A stretch of 64,000 nt of DNA from Minutocellus sp. GHC0000111. Taxonomy: Eukaryota. The stretch covers positions 4,340,001 through 4,404,000 of the forward strand of contig OZ361259.1 in assembly GCA_977018835.1 (NCBI GenBank). The letters run 5' to 3'. The position numbers were made by a program, and so were the translations under genes. Numbering within the stretch: position 1 is the first letter of the stretch; the number at the start of each line of letters is the position of its first letter. Positions 35,801 to 48,076 of the stretch are shown piece after piece. A model generated the notes under the pieces. The model was not told the DNA's origin. It saw only the letters and a list, made by a program, of their open reading frames with translations, and searched no databases.

Positions 35801-36977
35801 ACCCCAGGCAGGGCGCCTAGCCTACGATCAACTTGTCAAGCATCTCAAACCCCATGGCTATTTCCCTTGCAAGCGCACTGCCGGCCTTTGGAGGCACAAA
35901 ACCCGCCCAATTACCTTTTGCCTAACCGTTGACGATTTTGGAGTAAAGTATGTCGGGGGAAAGAGCATGCAGACCATCTCATTCAGGCCCTCAACTCCAA
36001 GTATAAGATCACTACCGATTGGGAAGGCCGACTTTATTGTGGTGTTCAACTCGAGTGGAACTACGAGGCCAAATGGGTGGATCTATCTATGCCTAACTAC
36101 GTCAAGGAGATGCGCCACAAGTTCCAACACGACCGCCCCTCACAGCCCGAGCATGCGCCATATCGATGGAATCGTCCGACGTATGGCCCGGGACCCCAGC
36201 TGCCAGAACCGGAAGACGACTCACCACCACTCGACGCCAAAGGCATCAACGAAATTCAACAGGTGGTGGGCAGCTCCTTGCACTGTGGTCGAGCAATTGA
36301 TTCAACAATTTTACCGGCGCTCAATAGCATCTCAGCGGAACAATCAAAAGCTACCGAGCGCACTCGACAAGATGCCAAGAAGCTTCTAGATTACCTTGCA
36401 ACCCATCCCGACGCAGTCATTCGATACGTCAAGTCAGACATGATCCTACATGTGCACATGGCGACGCCTCCTACTTATCAGCCCCGAAATCAAGAAGCAA
36501 GCTCGGAGAGGGTGCACTTCTACCTAAGCTCCCGACCTAAGCACCCGCACCGCCAGCCTGACTCAAGTGATCCCATGCCACCAATGAATGGAGCCATCCT
36601 CGTCAATGCCAATATCATCAAGCATGTAATGTCCTCTCAGCCGCTGAAGCCGAATTGGGAGGATTATTTTTCAACATGAAAGATGCAGTACCAATCCGGG
36701 CAGCACTAGAAGAAATGGGTCACCCGCAGCCCCCTACTGCTATCGTCGTTGACAACTCTACAGCATCTGGAATCGCCAATAAAACCGTCAAGCAAAGACG
36801 ATCTAAGGCTATGGACATGAGATTCTGCTGGGTCCAAGATCGCACATAGAGCAACGACAATTCCAGGTGTGCTGGCGGAAAGGAGCGCAAAATTTGGCCG
36901 ATTATTTTACAAAGCACCATCCCGCCCGCTACCATGTCGACATGCGACCAGTCTACTTACATGTAGATTCCAATTAG
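32890..36977 (+). pseudogene. Copia pol (PR-IN-Tudor-like-RT-RH), multiple frameshifts
   Basis: PR: ADAGTTGHF. IN: SDQPGRF, QRLDNE, HRRNAAERAIRTFKNHFI. RT: GMYGLPQAG, VDDFGVKY. RH: VDNSTA, SKAMDMRF, NLADYFTKHH. Confidence 0.92.
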
Positions 36978-37025
36978 GACTCTACATGTAGATTCAATGG
37001 CACTAGTCATTGATCTGCGAGGGTG

Positions 37026-37210
37026 TGTTGACACCGTGGGATACGTACGTACGTATACAAACGTACGGTACGTACGGTGATCAGACCACTGACTCAGTGC
37101 CCTCTCCTGACCGTTGATCCATGGGCCAACGACATCTCCGATGGCCCATTTTTCATCTACGTAGGTCTACTAGCTATATCTATCTAGCTTAGCTTTAGGA
37201 CCTCTTAGCA
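37026..37210 (+). repeat. Putative 3' LTR (~185 bp, TG...CA)
   Basis: Starts TGTTG directly after the PPT and ends TTAGCA, where peptidase coding sequence resumes. There is no second copy to confirm the end. Confidence 0.65.
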
Positions 37211-38489
37211 CCAGACGGAGCATGGGTTCCATCATCGACCAATTTCACGTCCTTGGCCGACCCTGCCGCAGTCGGCAGTGTGGCTTGACCGCACTGACGA
37301 CGCTGATGCATGAGGTAAGACGATTGTTTCCAAGTGCCAGACGTCTACATTGCTTTTGTTCATTTATAATACTACATGTAGTATGTTATTATGTACTCAC
37401 CCTTTATCACTTATCACTCACTGCTCTCATTTCGCCAACATTCAGCAGCCCAGCCCTCTGTTCAGCCAAGAGCGTGCCCCTACTAGTGTCGCACACGCTG
37501 AGAATCAATCAATGTTCTTGGACTCCCTCGTTGGAGATGCCGCGTGGAGAGCTAAATATGCCAAAAATCTGGATGGCAAAAGCATTCCCTTTGACATTAT
37601 CGAAGAGGAGATCAAGTCGACGCATCCATTTGCCGTTTTCGGCCTTCGGGCCATGCTATCAGTCAGCTATTTTGAAAAGGTATCATTTTTGTTCTCTCTC
37701 TTATTTGATATATTGTCGTCTCGTTTTTAAAATGCGCTTCCATTGACTGATCGATATCTCATGCCAACCGCCTACCAATAAATTTAGAGGCACTGTACGA
37801 ACTACCTGAGTCGGAAGTGACTGCCGAGAAAATCCAATCTTTAGCCGATGAGATTGAAAAGAAGATTCAAGGTGGTCTGTCTCCCCGTCCTCTTTCGAGC
37901 GTCCCGCATCTAGTCTCCGACGAGGCGTCGTGTTATTACCAAGGCTACACCCTCGCCGAGATGAGCGTCCATCAAACTCGCGAGCACTTCAAGGTGAGAG
38001 ACAGCGAGGTGGCTTCTTTATATTCATCTAGGGCAACATCTTTACATGCCCCATGTTGTCTCACCACCATCTTCAATTTTATTTTCCACCATCATTTCCT
38101 AATCTAATTAGAACAAATATGGTTACATCGTTGATAATCCTAATGTCGGTCCTGACATCACCTCTGCCTATTGGGTCCACGGCAACTCTCGTCAGTTTCT
38201 GGACCTCGTGAAGGATCTCACCGGTAAGGATCTATCGGGTGACGCATGGGTTGATGCCCTGAAGAAGAGCACGGCCGATAAGATCGCGCGAGAGAAGAAG
38301 GAGTATGACGAAATGATCGTCAAGATGAAGAGCGAGAAGGAAGATTCGTCGCTGGACTTGAAGATGGAGGTTCGATTCGTTGATGGCGATGAACTCATTG
38401 CTGCTTCTGATGGGGGGTTGCTCGAGGCATGCTCGAAATTTGAGGAGTTTGTGGCCAAGAGGGTTGCTGCCGCCGCTGCGGCGAACTAG
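37211..38489 (+). pseudogene. M3-family oligopeptidase, 3' portion only, disrupted by the Copia element
   Basis: WVPSSTNFTSLADP, TLMHE (rest of HExxH lost at the first intron), HFANI.QPSPLFSQERAPTSVA[H]AENQSMFLDS and YYQGYTLAEM. Three GT-starting introns. The N-terminal half is absent from the window. Confidence 0.82.
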
Positions 38490-38924
38490 AGCTACGTAGG
38501 TACGTATGTGCGGAGTTTTTGAATGATACATTGATTGGATACTGCGAGGGATGAATTGGATGCTAACGAAATGAAATAAAGAAGACGATTAAAAATAGTC
38601 AAATAAGTTACGACGTAATTTGACAGGCGGTAGAATACTGAACAGCTATTATTGCATACTTTGTATGTGTATTGCCGATATCTGCATTGCCAAGACATGC
38701 TTGAAAACATTTCGTTTGTGATAGATTATACTCCCAACCATTTTTTGTAATACGAAGCTGTCTCACCTACTACGTAGCGTGTAATGTTGTCAGCTGAAAC
38801 TAAGCTGTTCACAGCAAAAACTACCGGCCTTGCCACAAAAAACTGGTGCTATTGTGCTGCCCTCCCAACAAATGCATGCAAACTCGCTATTCAATTCCTT
38901 CTTCTTCGGTCTGTGTTTACCAAA

Positions 38925-39428
38925 TTATTTCTCTCCAAATTCAGCCCAGCATTCCGTCTCCTTCGGTCCGCCACCGTTCATAACATTGGTAAAGCCGTTG
39001 GCCATCAGGTAGTCCTTGGCCTTTTGGCCACGTCCTCCGCCGCCGCAGTGCGTGATGATGGGCGTATCCTTGTCCACATCGGGCAGGGGCATGCTCTCGG
39101 TATTGCGATCGTACACCAGGGATTGCGCCTGAGGACGGAAGCCCTCGGAGGGGAGGGCAGCGACGGCCAGGCTCTTCTGATCACCGGGTTCGACGGACTC
39201 GTCCGGATTGCGCACATCGGCCACCAGCAGCTTGGAACCGGCCGCCTCGACGAAGGCCTTGAGCTCCTCGGGGGAGGCCACTCCTGCCTTGCGTTCGAAC
39301 AGAGCTGTTGTGTAGGTGCTGGTCATTGAGCGGCTGGTGGTGGGCATCGCCACGGGGCTAAAGGCCGACGATGCAGCCAGGAGCGCGGCAAGCGAGACAG
39401 TGGTGAGGCGTCTTTGTTGGGATGGCAT
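38925..39428 (-). CDS. Single-domain rhodanese/sulfurtransferase with bipartite plastid signal
   Basis: Signal ending ASSA-FSP, DVRNPDE, active loop HCGGGGR, and NVMNGG. Confidence 0.85.
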   Translation of the reverse strand: MPSQQRRLTTVSLAALLAASSAFSPVAMPTTSRSMTSTYTTALFERKAGVASPEELKAFVEAAGSKLLVADVRNPDESVEPGDQKSLAVAALPSEGFRPQAQSLVYDRNTESMPLPDVDKDTPIITHCGGGGRGQKAKDYLMANGFTNVMNGGGPKETECWAEFGEK

Positions 39429-40038
39429 GTTTATGTCGGCGGCGGTGGCGACTGAGCGAGCAATGAAGCGTCGGTGGTCGGCGTGGGTGGTGTGGTTGCA
39501 TGCATTTGTCGCAGACCGCTGACGAACGAGATCGAATGGAAGCTGTTTCGAGGAATCAGGAAGAATCTTCGTACGTACTTACGCTTTCGTACGGGAACTC
39601 AAGGGTCAATGGTAATTCCATTCAATTCGGTTCCACTTTCTGTCTCATTGCAACAGGCCAGCTGTCCGGCCAGCAGATTGCGACTGCAGTTTCTGTCCAT
39701 GTCATTCCACCTACTTCAACTTACACGTCATTTAGACGCTTGAGATAATTTTAATAAGAATATACTGACGTCATGCAATTATCCGAGCAGATGTTTTTTC
39801 TGACGGCCACTGCAACCTTTCCGCCCGGACTGCAACCTTTGCGGCTCTTTTCGACGCGCGCTGCACTCTCCAACAGGCCCACCCTTTTTTGAACGCAACT
39901 CCAACAACACTTCAATACGTCCATTATTAACTCGACCAAATCAATTGACCAAACAGCAAATAGCTTCGTGAGATATACCACATTCGCATCCCGAAACGAT
40001 AGAGAGATATTATTCACACGGTTCAATCAATCCTGCAA

Positions 40039-43000
40039 ATGGCAAGCAACAAGGTACCGCCCAACGTCGTCGAGACCGGCGACGGGGAGGGAGTCGTCGC
40101 CGTCGCCGTCGCCGGACAAGGTCCGGCCCCTCCTCATTCGGAACCGGCACGTGCTGCCCCTGCCCGCAACCCACCCTCGTCCTCTGTCACCATGAGCAGC
40201 CTCAGCGGCAGCGGCGACGACAGTGCTGGAAGTAGCAGCGGCAATAACACAGAAGGCAATTCGAACAAGAACAAAGGAGGCGGAGCCACCGTCGTGACGG
40301 ATCCGGCCTCATCCCAGCAGGAGCAGCAGACGCAACAGGCGCAGCAGGCACAGTACAAGCCGTCCCCGCCGCTCAAGAAGAGGCGCAGGCCGAAGGATGA
40401 CGGCGCCGCGATGGCAAATGGCTTGTCCGGCGAGAAGCAGCGCAAGCAGAAGAAGCAGAGCGACCGGCAGGAGCAGGAGGCTGCGGCCGCCGGGCACAGC
40501 GACAAGCCCAAGAGGGCCAGCAGCGGCAGTGCGAGTGCTAGTACCACCGCCACCACAAGGATCCATGGTCAGTCGGCCGAGGCCATCGAGGCGGCCGCCA
40601 TCTGCGCCGGTCTTAGTCGCCTGGCTGCCAACTCCAACGCCAACTTTGGATCTGGAACGTCGCCGCAGGCGTCTGCGGCTGGCAGTCTGCAGAATGTGAC
40701 GACGCCCTCCTTCCAGGCGCAGCCATCCACAAGTACCAATACTACCCAGCTGTCTGCTTCTGCCTCTGTTCCTACTGCTGCTGTCCCGCCCGTTCAGCAG
40801 CAGCAGCCGCAGCAGCAGCCGCAGCAGATGGCAACCGCAGCCTCGATGCTCAACCTGCGGCAGCAGATGATGCAGTCGTCCAACCCCCTGTCGCTGCAGC
40901 AGCTGTCGATGACCCTCAAGGGCAACCCAACTCTGGCGGCGGCCGTCGCCCAGCAGCTGCTGGGCGGGGCAGGGGCTGGTACTACCGGTACCGGTGCTTC
41001 TGCAGGCACCGGCGCCGGCGTTGGTGTCTGCACCAACAGCAGCGCCAGCGTGAATACTGCTGCTACTCCAACGCCGCCCCAGCACCAGCACCAACAGCAG
41101 GCGGTACCTCCCGCTGTCGTTTTGAACGGCAACACCGCCAATACCAACAACATCAACAACGATCAGCAGAAGCAGCTCCTCGCCGCCATGACTGCTGCCG
41201 CCATGGCGAATGCATCTACGTCTTCTACCAACGCCGCACCAGCTGTACCGGGACCTGCTGGTCCAGGTAGGGCCCAGGCCACCGCCATGAGCATGATCCA
41301 GCAGGCTCTCCAGCAGGCAACTGCCTTGCCGTCTGGCATTTCCACTCCCGCCCCTGCTCCTGCTCCTACTCCTGGATCCGCCTCGACTCCTGCTGCCATC
41401 AACCCTCTCGCTGCTCTCTTTGGTGGACAGGTGCCACTGCCACCAGCACCTGGAGCGCCAGCAGGTGGTGGGAATAGCAGCGGTCCTACTACGGCTGCTC
41501 TGGCCGCGGCGCTGCAGAACCTACCGGGGTTGATGGCAGCACAGCAGCAGCAGCCACAACCGCAAGTGCCACGTCCAGGAGCTGCTGTATGGCCCAACCT
41601 CGGCGCCCAGCGCCCTCCAGGTCAGCAGCCCTTGTACCCCTTGGCTCCCAAGCCTGCCACCCTCGCCGGGCCAGTTCCAATTGCTCCTGCGCCACCGGCA
41701 GTATCAACGATGGCCCGGCCGATATCCGTCATCGCCCCACCGCCAACGGCCGAGGAGACTCGGGCCGCACAGCGCGCTCACGAGGTGGCTGCCCGTGTCC
41801 TCAAGAAGATGAATCGCAAGAAGCGTGGATCGTCGTCCACGTCGTCTGGCGATGCCAACAAGAAGAGCAAGAAGGACGAGGATGCTGCCGCCGTGCCTGC
41901 ACCGGCAGCCACCGAAGGGGAGGCTTCGAGCAACACTACTGCTACTACCAAGGCCTCTTCGTCCAAGAAGGCCGATGCGTCAACTACCAAAAGAGGCCGA
42001 GGCCGCCCCCGAGCCAACACCACGCAGACCGCCGCTACGGCTGCGACGTCGAATACAAAATCTGCCACCGCTGCGACTGCGGCGCCTACCAAGCAAGCTG
42101 TCGTCGCTGCCCCAGCTGCGTCCTCGGCCGTTGCCTCCTCGGCTTCGTCCGGTGGTGCCGGTTCAGGTCATCTTCACCACCACGTTCACATTGGCCATCT
42201 TCCTCATCCGCAGCCGCCGATATCGACCATCACCCGAGCTCAGGGAGAGTCTGCCGCCATGGCGACGCCGCTCCTGCTCCCTTACATGAGAAAGTGGAAG
42301 CTGGAAGAGCTTGGTAAGTTTTCTCTATTTGTATTGGAATATGTATGTCCTGCCCAAGCGTCGTATTGTGTGATTGAATATTTTTGTATTGTTTCTATTT
42401 CATCGCCTGTCGTCTAACATCGCATGTCTGTTTGCTCTCATATCTTCTTCTTCATTTACACAGAGGCCCATGTTAAGCTTCTTACTGATGCTGGCCAGCC
42501 AATCCCACAGTCACTCAATCTACTCCTTGCCGATGCTAGGAAGAAAGAAGAGAGGCGCATCAACAAGCGAGCCTCCAATCGCAGGTCTGCCAGCACTTCC
42601 AGAGCTCGTAAAAAGGCCCTCGTGGAGGAAATGACCAGGCTTAACGCAAAGCTTCGAAGGCAGGCTCTCATCCTCTCCCTCCTTCCCGATATGGTTCTTG
42701 CGATCGACGTCGATGGTGTTATCACCTTCTGCAGTGCTCAGGCGGAACGTATCCTCCAGCACAACAGCGAGGATCTCGTTGGTGCCAAGCTCTCTCAGCT
42801 TTTGGTCCCACCGTCTCGAGATGCCCTGTCGCGGCTCGTCGACGAGCTCGTTGCTACTCAGTCGAAGGCAGCAGCCGGTGCCGCTAATGCCGCTGGCGAC
42901 GGTGGAGACGGTGACGCCGATAACGCTAATGGCGACAATGCTCCCAACGAGGATGGTGCTGACGGTGGTCGCCAAGGACGCAGGGGACAGAAGAAGGTCC

Positions 43001-44808
43001 GTGGCGAGGATGGAGCTGTGGTCGTCTCTGAGCAATGAGAGCAGTCCTTCCCACTCTCCGTCGTGAATGTCAAAAATAGGTCGAAACAAGCTGCCGCCAA
43101 TAACGAGGACGTATCAGACTCGTCGGGGGGAGAAACCACCGCCGCTGCCGAGGCTGCCGAGAATGACAGCAACGGCAAGGACAAGGGTCGCAGCAACGAC
43201 AGCAAGGGCGACGGTACTACTTCATCCTTGACCAACAACTCCTCATTGAGCCGTTCCACCACCAACTCCTCCTTTGGTAACGATAGCAAGGAGGCTGCTG
43301 ACGAGGGGGGCGATGGGTCGAAGTCCGAACGAGAGTCTGTCAGTACTGATCGCGCTGTCAAGTCTGACCATAGGCACAACTCCAATTCTGGCCGCAAGGA
43401 ATCCAAGAAGGACAAGGAGGGTGCGAGTACCCCTCCCAGTGCCCAGGCTCAGCCGCAACAGCAGCAGCCACAACAGGCCCAGCAGCAGCCACCTCAGCAC
43501 CAGACTTCAAGTGGCGACGACTCCTCGTCATCATCCAACCGTCTGGCTCAGGCAAGCGAGGCCCTCAATCGCAATGTCCGATGGCACAATGAGAACATGA
43601 TGACTTCGGGCAAGGTCGGCGAAACGCAAGGCGTCGGCTTTACAGACGACGTTACGGGGGCTTCCGTTACTGCGAACAATGCTGGGGCAAGGCTTTCGTC
43701 TTTGCAGCACCTACCTTCTAAGATTGCTGATATCTCCAACAATACAAAGAAGGTCGAGGCCAAAAATGCCGAGGAAGTTTTGCCCGAAGCCGAAGAGGAT
43801 GGTGATCGTATCAAGATCAAGAAGGTCACAGGCAAGGCCAAAAAGTCAACCGTCGACCGAACTTCGTCAACCCTCACCTTTGACGAAAGCTTGGAGGATG
43901 CCCAGTCATCGTCATCGTCTGATTCTTTACTCTCCGGCATTGAAGACAAGCAGCGTCGTGGTAAGCGCGACATGTCGTCCGAGGACTCTGGCTACCGTGA
44001 GTCTGGCGAGAGCGTTCCTTCGAGAGAGGACTCCTCCACCGCCAGCGATGATGCCTCATCGGAAGATAAGGATGGATCGAGTAGGCCCAAGCCACTTGCC
44101 CCTACGTGCAACGTCTGTGTCATCAGGAAGGATCTCAGCACTGTTTGGTGCGAGGTCACGTCTTCCATTCGAACGCGCAACACCGAGGACGACGAGAGTG
44201 GCGAGGCCCTTTCTTCCCTAACTGGCTCTGGCAACAAGACCTCGAGCTCTGAGAGTGGTAGTGCAGATGAGCAGCAGCAGGACAACAAGGCCTCGTCCAC
44301 CCACGAGCTTCTCCTTTGCTTCCGACCCATCCGGGACGGAGAGGAAAACGTAGGAGAGGAGCTCCGTTTCGTGCCTCCTGAGAAAATGGAAATCGATGAA
44401 GACGAACAGGAGCAGGCCAGTGCTGACCGATCGTCCAACACTGCCACCGGCAGCGGCAGCACTGAGGCGGTATCGAGTCTCACGCAGAGTGCCGATCGAT
44501 CCAACACCACCAGCAACAACTCTGCCAGTACCGAGGACGCCACCAACACATCTGGGTCGTCAAATGACAAGAAGCCCAAGGCTACCACCAGAGGTCCTCC
44601 CAAGAAGCGTCCTCTCGAAGGCGCCAAGGTGTCCGCAAGTAGCTCTGCCGGTGCCAATTCCGCCGCAGCCACCAGCTCTGGCGACGGATCTTCCGAGGAA
44701 CCCGCGCAAAAGAAGAGGCGATCACTCAGTCTTTCCAATACCGAAGAGGCCGACGTCGCCGAGTCTCTTGTTCTCATGAATAAATCCCCACAGAAATCTC
44801 CGCAGTAG
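40039..44808 (+). pseudogene. bZIP-PAS transcription factor (diatom type) with a premature TGA
   Basis: Gln/Ala-rich N-terminus and intron 42314-42463 (GTAAGT...CAG). bZIP KRASNRRSASTSRARKK. PAS N-half LPDMVLAIDVDGVITFCS and PAS C-half CVIRKDLSTVWCEVTSS...LLLCFRPI. In-frame TGA at 43036-43038. Confidence 0.82.
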
Positions 44809-44959
44809 ATTTCTTCTTGCATATCATCTCGCGGATATTTACATTTTTGGAGATCATGCATTATGTATTTGAGAATCTAGCTAGATCTAATCAAAATCAT
44901 TCTATTTGATAGATAGACCAAGCATAGTTATGATATTTAGTTCTTGTCTTGTCGGTCAT

Positions 44960-46898
44960 CTACCTGCCGAATCCACCACCTCCACCGAAACCCTTCTTCT
45001 TCATCTTCTTTGCCGCCCTCCTTTGGGACCTGTTTCCAGCCATTGCTGGCATCGCTCCAGCATCAGCGGTGGCAGTTTCCGGACTTACGCCAGGTCCCAT
45101 TTGTTTGCATTCTGCTCATCATCGTGCGCATCTTTTGGAATTCTCCGATGAATTGGAATCCTTCCTCAAGCTGCCTACCAGCTCCCATGGTAATCCGTCG
45201 AAGCCGAGACGTCGCAGTCTTGTCCGTGATAAGAAGCTCAGGGTTGGCACGCTCCTTCTTGGTCATACTCTTGATGATGGATTCACTAACCTTCAGCCGC
45301 TTTTCAACCGCGCGCATCTGAGCGTTATCAAACTGTCCAACCATGCCAGGGAGCATCTTGGCAACGCCAGCGATGCTTCCCATCTTGCTTACGAGCTGAC
45401 TTTGTTTGATGAAGTCGTCAAAGTCAAAAGTTGCCTCCCTCATCTTCTTTTGCATCTTTTCAGCATCAGCATCAGAAACCTCCGACGAGGCCTTCTCCAC
45501 CAGACTGATAACGTCGCCCATGCCAAGGATACGCGATGCCATTCGATCGGGGTAGAACGGTTCGAGATCGGGCGTCTTCTCTCCAGTACCGACAAACTTG
45601 ATGGGCTTACCACTGACACCCCGAACACTCACGGCAGCGCCACCACGGGAATCGCCGTCCAACTTGGTCAAAATGGCGCCCGAAATGCCCACCGCTGAGT
45701 CAAACGACGCCGTCAACGATGCTGCCTCCTGACCCGTCATAGCATCGACGACCAAAAGTGTCTCGTCTGGGTTGACCTTGTTCTTGATGCGACGGAGCTC
45801 ATCCATCAAATCCTCATCAATGACCTGACGACCGGCAGTATCGACAAGGACTGTATCGTAGCCCTCAGCCTTGGCCTTTTCTACCGCGGCTGCGGCAATG
45901 TCCACCGGATCCGCATCGGCGCCCATAGAAAACACATCGACGCCAACACTCTCTCCCAATATCTGCAGCTGCGAAATGGCGGCTGGACGGTACACATCGG
46001 CAGCGGCCATCAGCACCTTGCGGTTCCGGGTAGGCATCCGGCTCGTGAGGAGCTGAGAAGCCTCGTCTCCCATAGCCTCGACGGCATCGTAGTCCACCTC
46101 GCGCTCCTTCAGATACAAGGCCAGTTTACCAGCCGCGGTCGTCTTACCCGCACCCTGCAATCCGGCAAGCAGTACGACCGCCGGCTCGCCCTCGGCCTTG
46201 GGGGTTGCCAACGTCGAGGCGGGAATGTTGCTAGAGGTACCGACCTGGCTGTTACCGACGGTGGAATCGCCACCCATAATGTCGAGCAGTTCGTCGTACA
46301 TGTACTTGATGAACTGCTGATCGGCCGTCACGCCCTTGAGGACCTCCTGGCCGATGGAACGCTTCTTCACACCCTCGATGAGAGTATCGGCGACGGCGAC
46401 GTTGACATCGGCGTCCAGAAGGGCCCGACGGACATCTCTGAGGGCACTCTTGACGCTCTGTTCGGTCATGCTATTTTTTGTGATCAGTTTGGATTGAAAA
46501 ATGATGTCGCATATAGGTCAGAAGACTGTAAAGATAACGAGCGAGAGAAGAAGACAAGGCATTGTAATTGCATAATGCTTCCCTGTCCTCATTTCTTTCG
46601 TTCTTTCATTATTATTGGACAATCGCGCCTTCAAGCACAAGACATGATTGGATCCTCGTCAACTCACCGCTGCTTCGGTCCTAGGCTAGATGCAACCTGC
46701 GAGATGGCCGACGATAGCTGATCGAACATCATGTTCAATCCAGTCGAGGACGAGGACGTCCGGCGTGCTGCTACCTGCACATTATTGTTAGTGCGAAAGG
46801 CCGTGAAGGAGGAGGTGGGGGCAAAGGCCTGTGCTGGTCGTCGTCGCAGCGACGACGGCAAGCGCCAGGGCAGAAAGGGCACGTCGATCCAGAATCAT
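44960..46898 (-). pseudogene. cpSRP54: Chloroplast signal recognition particle 54 (Ffh-type) with two frameshifts
   Basis: ALLDADVN, GLQGAGKTT, DVYRPAA, DTAGR, TKLDGDSRGG and PFYPDRMASRILGMGDV. AQA-FAP plastid motif. Intron 46471-46667. Frameshifts in the signal peptide (~46835) and near 45100; the true tail ...NRSQRRAAKK...GFG ends at 44960. Confidence 0.9.
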
Positions 46899-47182
46899 GG
46901 CGGACGCGCTCGTTGGGATGGATACTGCGTCAAGCAGGTGGGCGGGGGTATTATTGTACAGTCAATTTGGCGCAATCGAGACGCTGGAATTGCAAGGTCT
47001 TCAGGTCAGGTCGGTCGACCGGTCGACTGACGCATCCACTTTCAGTGCACTCCTCCATCAGCTCTACCAAGTTCAGGAGTGCGTAAAATTTTACTTTAGA
47101 GAGTGCTTCATTTCATTAGTCGAACGGGTCATGCGTCTTGCTGCAGCTGCCTCTCCACCGCTCGCAATTTGCTCTGTCCAAG

Positions 47183-48076
47183 ATGAGGCTCAAGCACCTC
47201 GAAAGCGCCCTCAGTTCCGTCCCAGTGAAGCGATTTCCGGACCCAAAAATTGAGCTGGAACAGTATGCCACGTCTCCTCACCTTACTGCAGCTGTGATTT
47301 TGACTGCTCTGGGCAATGGAGACATTGGCCCTGGGCGGACTGCGATGGACTTGGGATGCGGAACTGCAATGTTAACAATTGGCTGTGGCATAGTCGAAAC
47401 CGATCACATCACCGCCGTCGATTGCGATGCTGATGCCATGGAGGTGGCCCGGTCCAATGTGATGGAAATGTTGGGCGATGATGAGGATGGTGATAGCGAC
47501 GAGGATGGTGGCACATCATCTTGCTCGCCACCAGTGGAATTTGTCTTTGCAAAAGTTGTACACGAATCTAATCAGGAATTCCTAATGGAGGCCCTGGGCG
47601 GTGGACGAGGTGATCGTGGCCGCGGCCGTGGTAGGGGAGGCGATCGACGCAAAGGTGGACGCGGTGGCAGGGGTAGAGGAGGAGGAGGGAGAGGGAGGCC
47701 CGCACCACCACCAGCAACAGCGGCTGGCAGGTCCCACGGCGACAAAGGTGACCAATTAGATGGGTTGCCATTCCGAGATAACTGCGTCGACACAGTTCTT
47801 ACCAATCCTCCATTTGGGACCAAACAAAATGCTGGAATAGACATTACTTTTCTTCGAGCGGCTACTCGAATGGCTCGGCGAGCAGTGTACTCATTCAACA
47901 AGACATCGACAAGAGAATATTTGACCAAGAAGATCAAACAATGGGGTTACCGAGTGGAGGTTGTCGCACAGATGAGATACGACATACCCAAGATGTATCA
48001 TTTCCACACCCAGGACAGTGTCGATGTAGAAGTTGATTTGATACGAGTGATAATTGACGACGATGATGATAGATGA
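47183..48076 (+). CDS. METTL5: METTL5-type N6-adenine rRNA methyltransferase with RGG-rich insert
   Basis: PKIELEQYAT, DLGCGT, TNPPFGTK, VYSF.KTSTR, and YDIPKMYHFH...VDVEVDLIR. Confidence 0.88.
   Translation: MRLKHLESALSSVPVKRFPDPKIELEQYATSPHLTAAVILTALGNGDIGPGRTAMDLGCGTAMLTIGCGIVETDHITAVDCDADAMEVARSNVMEMLGDDEDGDSDEDGGTSSCSPPVEFVFAKVVHESNQEFLMEALGGGRGDRGRGRGRGGDRRKGGRGGRGRGGGGRGRPAPPPATAAGRSHGDKGDQLDGLPFRDNCVDTVLTNPPFGTKQNAGIDITFLRAATRMARRAVYSFNKTSTREYLTKKIKQWGYRVEVVAQMRYDIPKMYHFHTQDSVDVEVDLIRVIIDDDDDR

Larger units (their letters stand above)
32260..37210 (+). mobile_element. Ty1/Copia LTR retrotransposon, diatom CoDi-type; 5'-truncated and degenerate
   Basis: Order is gag C-terminus, protease, integrase, RT, RNase H, PPT (gcgagggtg, 37017-37025), LTR. 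No 5' LTR is found in the window. Confidence 0.92.

Noticed and set aside
35915..35955. Copia RT 'LTVDD' as another YxDD mutation
   Set aside because: CoDi-type RTs, as I recall them, natively read L.VDDFGVKY, and ACC is not a TpA-derived change from TAY.
47183..48076. METTL5 as the adenine-marking enzyme behind the TpA mutation
   Set aside because: It has all the hallmarks of the conserved 18S rRNA methyltransferase. Proximity in a eukaryotic genome implies no functional link.
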